Of a stretch of 20,000 nt of DNA, positions 16,338 to 20,000 are shown piece after piece. How positions within the stretch are numbered: position 1 is the first letter of the stretch; each line of letters starts with the position of its first letter. The DNA comes from an uncultured virus (IMG/VR IMGVR_UViG_3300049846_000440). Its lineage: Duplodnaviria; Heunggongvirae; Uroviricota; Caudoviricetes. The notes beneath the pieces are model-generated. The model saw only the letters and a list, made by a program, of their open reading frames with translations, was not told the DNA's origin and did not search any database. The DNA is taken from the IMG/VR virus record IMGVR_UViG_3300049846_000440, one strand, 5' to 3'. The position numbers and the translations under genes are program-made.

Positions 16338-17210
16338 GTGAATGCCGATGGCAATGGGGATGCCGTCAAACCGCCGGGAACCGCAGGCGTGGTTCCCATT
16401 CGCGCAGAACCCGCACAAGCCGGGGCAGACGAACACTTTAGGGTAGCCCTGCGCGGCGGCGGATTCCCGCACCGCTTTCTGATAGGCGGCCCATGCTTCA
16501 GGGCTTTCCACTTCCCCGGTTTTCGCGTCCCGCTTCGGGGCTTTGACTGCGGCCTTGAAGGCGAGGAACTCCCCGCGAACGCATGGCAACGCCTTCATGC
16601 GGTCCCGCATCTCCTTCCCGTAGCGGGAACCCCCGGAGAGGTTGAGCGTATAGTTCGGGGCGAACTCCCCCTTGTAGGCAAGGAAGAGTTCCCAGCTTTT
16701 GCTGTACCCATAAACCCGCAAGTCGGGGCGATTGGCGCAGAGACGCTGCCAGTACTCCAGAACGGGGGCGGATTCAATATCCCCGTCAACGTACAGGCGA
16801 ACCGTTCCGGCGGGGAGAATATCCCACGCCTCCGCCACCTTCGCACGCCCCTTCTCCGAGCGGAGCATGAGCGTGTTTTGTAACTGGCGGAAGAAGGCGT
16901 CTGGATACCGGAACGCCCGGAGCGAATAGCACCAGACCTTGCAAGCCCCAGCTCCGGGGCAGGTCACCAAAGGCAGGGCAGAGAATGCCCAGAAGGGTAA
17001 CTTACCATTACCCTTCACAAAGACGGAGAAGCGGGGCTTCCCGTCCTGAAGGAAGGCAAGGAATTTCTGGGCGGCTTTCTTCCATCCCGGCTTTACTCCC
17101 CGCCGAAGGAAGAGGGCGGGGATTAATTCGCGGAGGTCTTCCGCGTTGGCTCCCATGACCCGGAGCAGGGTTTCCCGCTTCATGGCGGGGAGTTCTGATT
17201 TTGTTTTCAT
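16335..17210 (-). CDS. GP88-like protein (Cys-cluster, putative Fe-S-binding), 291 aa
   Basis: Motifs GNGKL..F..LP..TCPGAGACKVWCY, VRL...GD, Y.Y.K.W, N..L..S, VCP..CGFC....ACG and a terminal H. ATG 17210 overlaps the upstream TGA (ATGA). Confidence 0.75.
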   Translation of the reverse strand: MKTKSELPAMKRETLLRVMGANAEDLRELIPALFLRRGVKPGWKKAAQKFLAFLQDGKPRFSVFVKGNGKLPFWAFSALPLVTCPGAGACKVWCYSLRAFRYPDAFFRQLQNTLMLRSEKGRAKVAEAWDILPAGTVRLYVDGDIESAPVLEYWQRLCANRPDLRVYGYSKSWELFLAYKGEFAPNYTLNLSGGSRYGKEMRDRMKALPCVRGEFLAFKAAVKAPKRDAKTGEVESPEAWAAYQKAVRESAAAQGYPKVFVCPGLCGFCANGNHACGSRRFDGIPIAIGIH

Positions 17211-17407
17211 GATTTTACTATCCTCCGCATAAGGGCTAGATCTTCGGCGGAACGGTGGGCGAGGTAGCAATCGGTGCAACGGCCACCTTTGGCGTCAATG
17301 AAGATTGCCTTGGCGGTTTTCCAAGGCATGCCCCGCTCTTTGAGCGAGGGTGTGAACGTGTGGGGTTTTCCGCAATCGCGGCAGTGTTTGTCTGATTTTG
17401 TTTTCAT
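17207..17407 (-). CDS. Small Zn-finger-like protein (CxxC...CxxC), 66 aa
   Basis: CRDC and CTDC motifs; ATGA-coupled to the GP88-like gene. Confidence 0.7.
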   Translation of the reverse strand: MKTKSDKHCRDCGKPHTFTPSLKERGMPWKTAKAIFIDAKGGRCTDCYLAHRSAEDLALMRRIVKS

Positions 17408-17420
17408 AGAATTGCTCCCC

Positions 17421-17615
17421 TCACAGCTTGGACAATCCGATTATGATCACCGCATACGCGGCGAGAATCCCGGCCACCAGTACCGCATGGGCGCAGGCAT
17501 CCAAAGCCCGGCAAATCCGGGCTATCCTGAGGGCCTTGTTATGCTCCGCCACCAGAGAGGCGACGGTGCGGGGGAGGAAGCGCCCCGTCTTGGGGCAGCG
17601 TTTGTTGTGTTGCAT
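17421..17615 (-). CDS. Small membrane protein, 64 aa
   Basis: ATG 17615 after an AAATCAGTAT leader; C-terminal hydrophobic helix AVLVAGILAAYAVIIIGL. Confidence 0.6.
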   Translation of the reverse strand: MQHNKRCPKTGRFLPRTVASLVAEHNKALRIARICRALDACAHAVLVAGILAAYAVIIIGLSKL

Positions 17616-17687
17616 ATACTGATTTCCTGTTGCCCTGTATTTTTGTTTCCAGAATCCCCCGTACAGGGGCCACAAGGGATTCTGGTG

Positions 17688-17706
17688 TTAAATCATTATG
17701 AGATAA
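17688..17706. promoter_or_regulatory. 19-bp quasi-palindromic motif, copy 3
   Basis: TTAAATCATTATGAGATAA, in the divergent intergenic region. Confidence 0.75.
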
Positions 17707-17774
17707 GGCGTTTCCTTGCAAAAAACTATTGCGTGTTTGGCGTTCAAGCCTTGAGAAGACAGGCTTTGAGAGGA

Positions 17775-17830
17775 CAGGCTTGCAGGCTTGCAGGCTTGCA
17801 GGCTTGCAGGCTTGCAGGCTTGCAGGCTTG
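17775..17830. repeat. Tandem octamer array (CAGGCTTG)x7
   Basis: Seven perfect units, preceded by degenerate units at ~17744-17774; ends 20 bp before ATG 17851. Confidence 0.95.
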
Positions 17831-17850
17831 CGTATATCGTTCACAGCGTT

Positions 17851-18285
17851 ATGCCCGGAAAACGATTTCCTTCTAGCCTTTTAGTGGAACTAGAATCCTT
17901 TGTGCGAATGGGTAATTCGTTCAAGGATGCGTCTGCAAAATTCAAAGTTCCATACTCTACAGTAAGAAAAATGGCTAGCCGTAAAGGTTGGACGAAGAAA
18001 GCCGTTGAGGAGTCTCAAAGAACTATTATCGAAAGGGTTTCGCAAATCGCCGCAGAAACATGGGCAGAGAAAGCGGAGGCCCACAGAAGGAAAATGTACG
18101 CTTTAGCGTCCGATGCTTTGGCTCAGGCTAAGCTTCCGCCACCCAAGAATTGGCGAGACGTGGAAACCGCTGACAAAATAGCCCGGAGGGCTGCGGGGCT
18201 GGAGGACGGGGAACAAGGAAGGCAGCTTGTCCAGATTGCCTTACTCGGGAGAGGCCCCGAACCAGCGGAAATTGACCCCGTTTAA
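17851..18285 (+). CDS. HTH DNA-binding protein, terminase small subunit-like, 144 aa
   Basis: N-terminal HTH SFKDASAKFKVPYSTVRKMASRKGW followed by helical segments and ARRAAGL. The ORF-track extension to 17788 is only the octamer repeat read in frame. Confidence 0.6.
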   Translation: MPGKRFPSSLLVELESFVRMGNSFKDASAKFKVPYSTVRKMASRKGWTKKAVEESQRTIIERVSQIAAETWAEKAEAHRRKMYALASDALAQAKLPPPKNWRDVETADKIARRAAGLEDGEQGRQLVQIALLGRGPEPAEIDPV

Positions 18286-18300
18286 CTCATTATGAGATAA
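18282..18300. promoter_or_regulatory. 19-bp quasi-palindromic motif, copy 4 (overlaps the HTH gene stop)
   Basis: TTAACTCATTATGAGATAA; the TAA at 18283-18285 is the stop codon. Confidence 0.75.
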
Positions 18301-18394
18301 CGGAGTAAGGTGAAAAAAGGTCAATTTGTCAGACTATAGGCAGACAAAACGGTGACTTCCTACGGGGCAAACGGTTTTCCAAACCGCTCCCCAC

Positions 18395-18425
18395 AAAAAA
18401 AGGGGGACCCCCGAAAGGGTCCCCC
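18395..18425 (-). terminator. Rho-independent terminator, possibly bidirectional
   Basis: Minus strand GGGGGACCC-UUUCGG-GGGUCCCCC-UUUUUUU, 13 nt downstream of the 18439 stop. Confidence 0.85.
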
Positions 18426-18438
18426 GTTTCTTAGATTC

Positions 18439-18909
18439 TTATACTTCCTTCGTCTCCGCCTTGGCCCAGCATTCGGCCATAAACGCCATGAACTCCGCTT
18501 GGCTCACGCCGTGCGCCTTGTGCGCCTTGGCGGTGGCGCGGGCTTGGGCTTTAGCGGTGGCGAGGGGGTCCGATTCCCGTTCCCTGATTTCAAACCCTAA
18601 CGTCCGCACGGTACGTTTCCACGTTGACTCACTCACGTTGGGGCGAATGGCTTTGATTAATCCAAGGGCCTCTTCCCGAATCCGCTTTTTAGCGGTGGAG
18701 GGGACGTCCTCCCATTGCTTCGGGAATGGAATCAGTAAGGAGAAGCCCCACATGGCGCGAATCTGTTTAAGATTCGCGGATTCACGGGACGCAAGAGCGT
18801 CCACTAGCTGGGCCAATTGCGCTTGGGCTTCGGTGAATGGCGCAAATTTGAATGCTTCGGTTGCGGTTGCGGTTGCGGTTGCGGTTGCGGTTTTAGCTGA
18901 TTTTTTCAT
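18439..18909 (-). CDS. Hypothetical basic, Ala-rich protein with N-terminal (TA)n repeat, 156 aa
   Basis: ATG 18909 after an AAACACAAAAACACAAA leader; has its own palindrome motif upstream and a terminator downstream. Confidence 0.7.
   Translation of the reverse strand: MKKSAKTATATATATATEAFKFAPFTEAQAQLAQLVDALASRESANLKQIRAMWGFSLLIPFPKQWEDVPSTAKKRIREEALGLIKAIRPNVSESTWKRTVRTLGFEIRERESDPLATAKAQARATAKAHKAHGVSQAEFMAFMAECWAKAETKEV
18858..18893. repeat. Hexamer microsatellite (CGGTTG)x5 plus one degenerate unit, encoding Thr-Ala repeats
   Basis: Seen directly; in frame within the 156-aa gene. Confidence 0.9.
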
Positions 18910-18986
18910 TTTGTGTTTTTGTGTTTCAGGGAAGCGGTCATTCGCTCCCTTCACAATAGATACGTAGCACCGTAAGAATCCGGCGC

Positions 18987-19005
18987 TTAAGTCATAATGA
19001 GATAA
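18987..19005. promoter_or_regulatory. 19-bp quasi-palindromic motif, copy 5
   Basis: TTAAGTCATAATGAGATAA, with the symmetry extended by flanking GCGC..GCGC. Confidence 0.75.
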
Positions 19006-19009
19006 GCGC

Positions 19010-19545
19010 ATCGAACCCCCACCCCCCGTGTACCCGTGGGGTATGAGTGGCGGAGGTCGGACACGCTACGTAACCGCCAGAAAAATTTTTTTCCTATTTT
19101 TAGAGTTGTGTAGTTACGTATTTATTTCGTTGCTGCTTTTACGGTGTAATTCAGCAGTAGGTAAATACTGTTCTATCTCTTTTCAGGGGTGCAGGCGAAG
19201 TGGGTTTCAGGAAGGGGACTAAGGGGGGCCAAAAAATCGCACCCCCCTTAATCCGATCCGCTGTCAGAGCCAATCCCAAGGACAAGTGGACTAAAGTGGA
19301 CTTAAAAAAAAAAGTATAGTAAAGTATATATATAAGGGGTACGGCACGGATCGCCAGCAGCGGGTGGCGGAGCGACAGCGGCGAATACGGCGCAGCGGAA
19401 AAGAGAGTTTTTGAATCCAGCCCACTTGGCCCACTTTCCCTCTTTTCCGCTCTGGTGGCGGAAAAGACGAAGGGGACCCTATTTTGGGGTCCCCTTTTCT
19501 ACCCCTTTGAGGGGTATATGAATCAGTTCTTGCGAGATTATTTCA
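19010..19545. other. Non-coding region rich in inverted repeats; candidate replication origin or packaging region
   Basis: No convincing ORF. AT-rich core at ~19302-19334. AAGTGG repeats on the left and inverted CCACTT repeats on the right. Inverted repeats at 19220-19250, 19441-19467, 19470-19496 and 19500-19516. Directly downstream of the primase-like gene. Confidence 0.45.
19470..19500. terminator. GC-rich hairpin, probable terminator downstream of the primase-like gene
   Basis: aaggggaccc-tattttg-gggtcccctt with imperfect U-rich tails on both strands. Confidence 0.5.
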
Positions 19546-20000
19546 TTAACACATCTCAAAGCGATACCTAGATATACCATCTTTGATTCTTACAGTTTTT
19601 AATGGTGAATATACACCTAAAAGGGTGCGCAGTTCTCTACCCAAACGAGTCGGTGTATACTGTCTCATTAAATCAGCACCACCGGGGATGTTACTCCTGA
19701 GTTTACCTAGCAACTCTGTTGAAGTTATTTCAACAATTGGATCGCATTTCATAACTTCAACTTCACCTTCAATCCATAGCTGCAACACTTCTTTCAACGA
19801 AGTCGCTGAATCGCTCTCCCTTGACGCATCCACCAATTCCTGATGGTGGAAACCCTGAATCCCAAAACGGCTGTTACCCGCTATGACGTAAGCCGGGGCT
19901 TGCCATTGCTTGAGCCATGCCAAGAAGTATGGCAGTTCCTTCGCCACATTCGCCTCTTGCAGGTGATTCGACTGGAAAGTCGGCATGTACCCTCCAAACT
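19546..20000 (-). CDS. C-terminal part of a probable phage primase/helicase (DUF5906-like), 5'-truncated
   Basis: The frame stays open to the window edge. ELPYFLAWL..W..P....RFGI..FHH.EL is followed by a winged-helix-like tail (ITSTELL...LGRELR). Catalytic motifs are not in the window. Confidence 0.5.
   Translation of the reverse strand, partial: FGGYMPTFQSNHLQEANVAKELPYFLAWLKQWQAPAYVIAGNSRFGIQGFHHQELVDASRESDSATSLKEVLQLWIEGEVEVMKCDPIVEITSTELLGKLRSNIPGGADLMRQYTPTRLGRELRTLLGVYSPLKTVRIKDGISRYRFEMC

Noticed and set aside
11240..17876. + strand ORFs opposite the early genes (e.g. 11705-12628, 11772-12254, 16251-16883, 17274-17876)
   Set aside because: They are antisense shadows of well-supported genes or translations of low-complexity and tandem repeats.
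18858..18893. Phase-variation switch at the CGGTTG repeat
   Set aside because: The unit is 6 bp, so slippage keeps the frame and only changes the length of a Thr-Ala linker.
12659..19005. CRISPR array or mini-array formed by the recurring repeats
   Set aside because: The repeats are separated by whole genes (hundreds to thousands of bp), not by 25-45-nt spacers, and there are no cas genes in the window.
15785..19005. Xer/dif sites as the identity of the 19-bp motif
   Set aside because: The motif has a 1-bp centre, not the 11-6-11 dif architecture, and only superficially resembles the XerD arm.

Overview
The window looks like part of a tailed dsDNA phage (or prophage) genome with three parts. 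(1) On the + strand (<1-8663) are the 3' part of a giant (>2500 aa) polyvalent, probably virion-ejected protein with an ADP-ribosyltransferase-like domain and degenerate zincin-like domains, a Cys-rich protein and a DUF5872-like basic protein. (2) On the - strand (8660-17615 and 18439-18909) is an early/host-takeover-type region of small genes, including a GP88-like protein and a DUF3150-like / MoxR AAA+ / metallopeptidase-VWA module, interrupted by one + strand HTH gene resembling a terminase small subunit. (3) A ~520 bp ori-like non-coding region is followed by the C-terminus of a probable primase/helicase. The most unusual signal is non-coding. The early region carries a family of long intergenic hairpins with a conserved 3x2 internal loop and a compensatory change, five co-oriented 19-bp quasi-palindromes (TTAANTCATWATGAGATAA), an AAATCAG motif at nearly every start codon, a related CAGGCTTG octamer array, and a repeat-bounded cassette whose gene has captured a 33-codon piece of the AAA+ ATPase. 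All family assignments come from motif recognition by eye; no searches were run.
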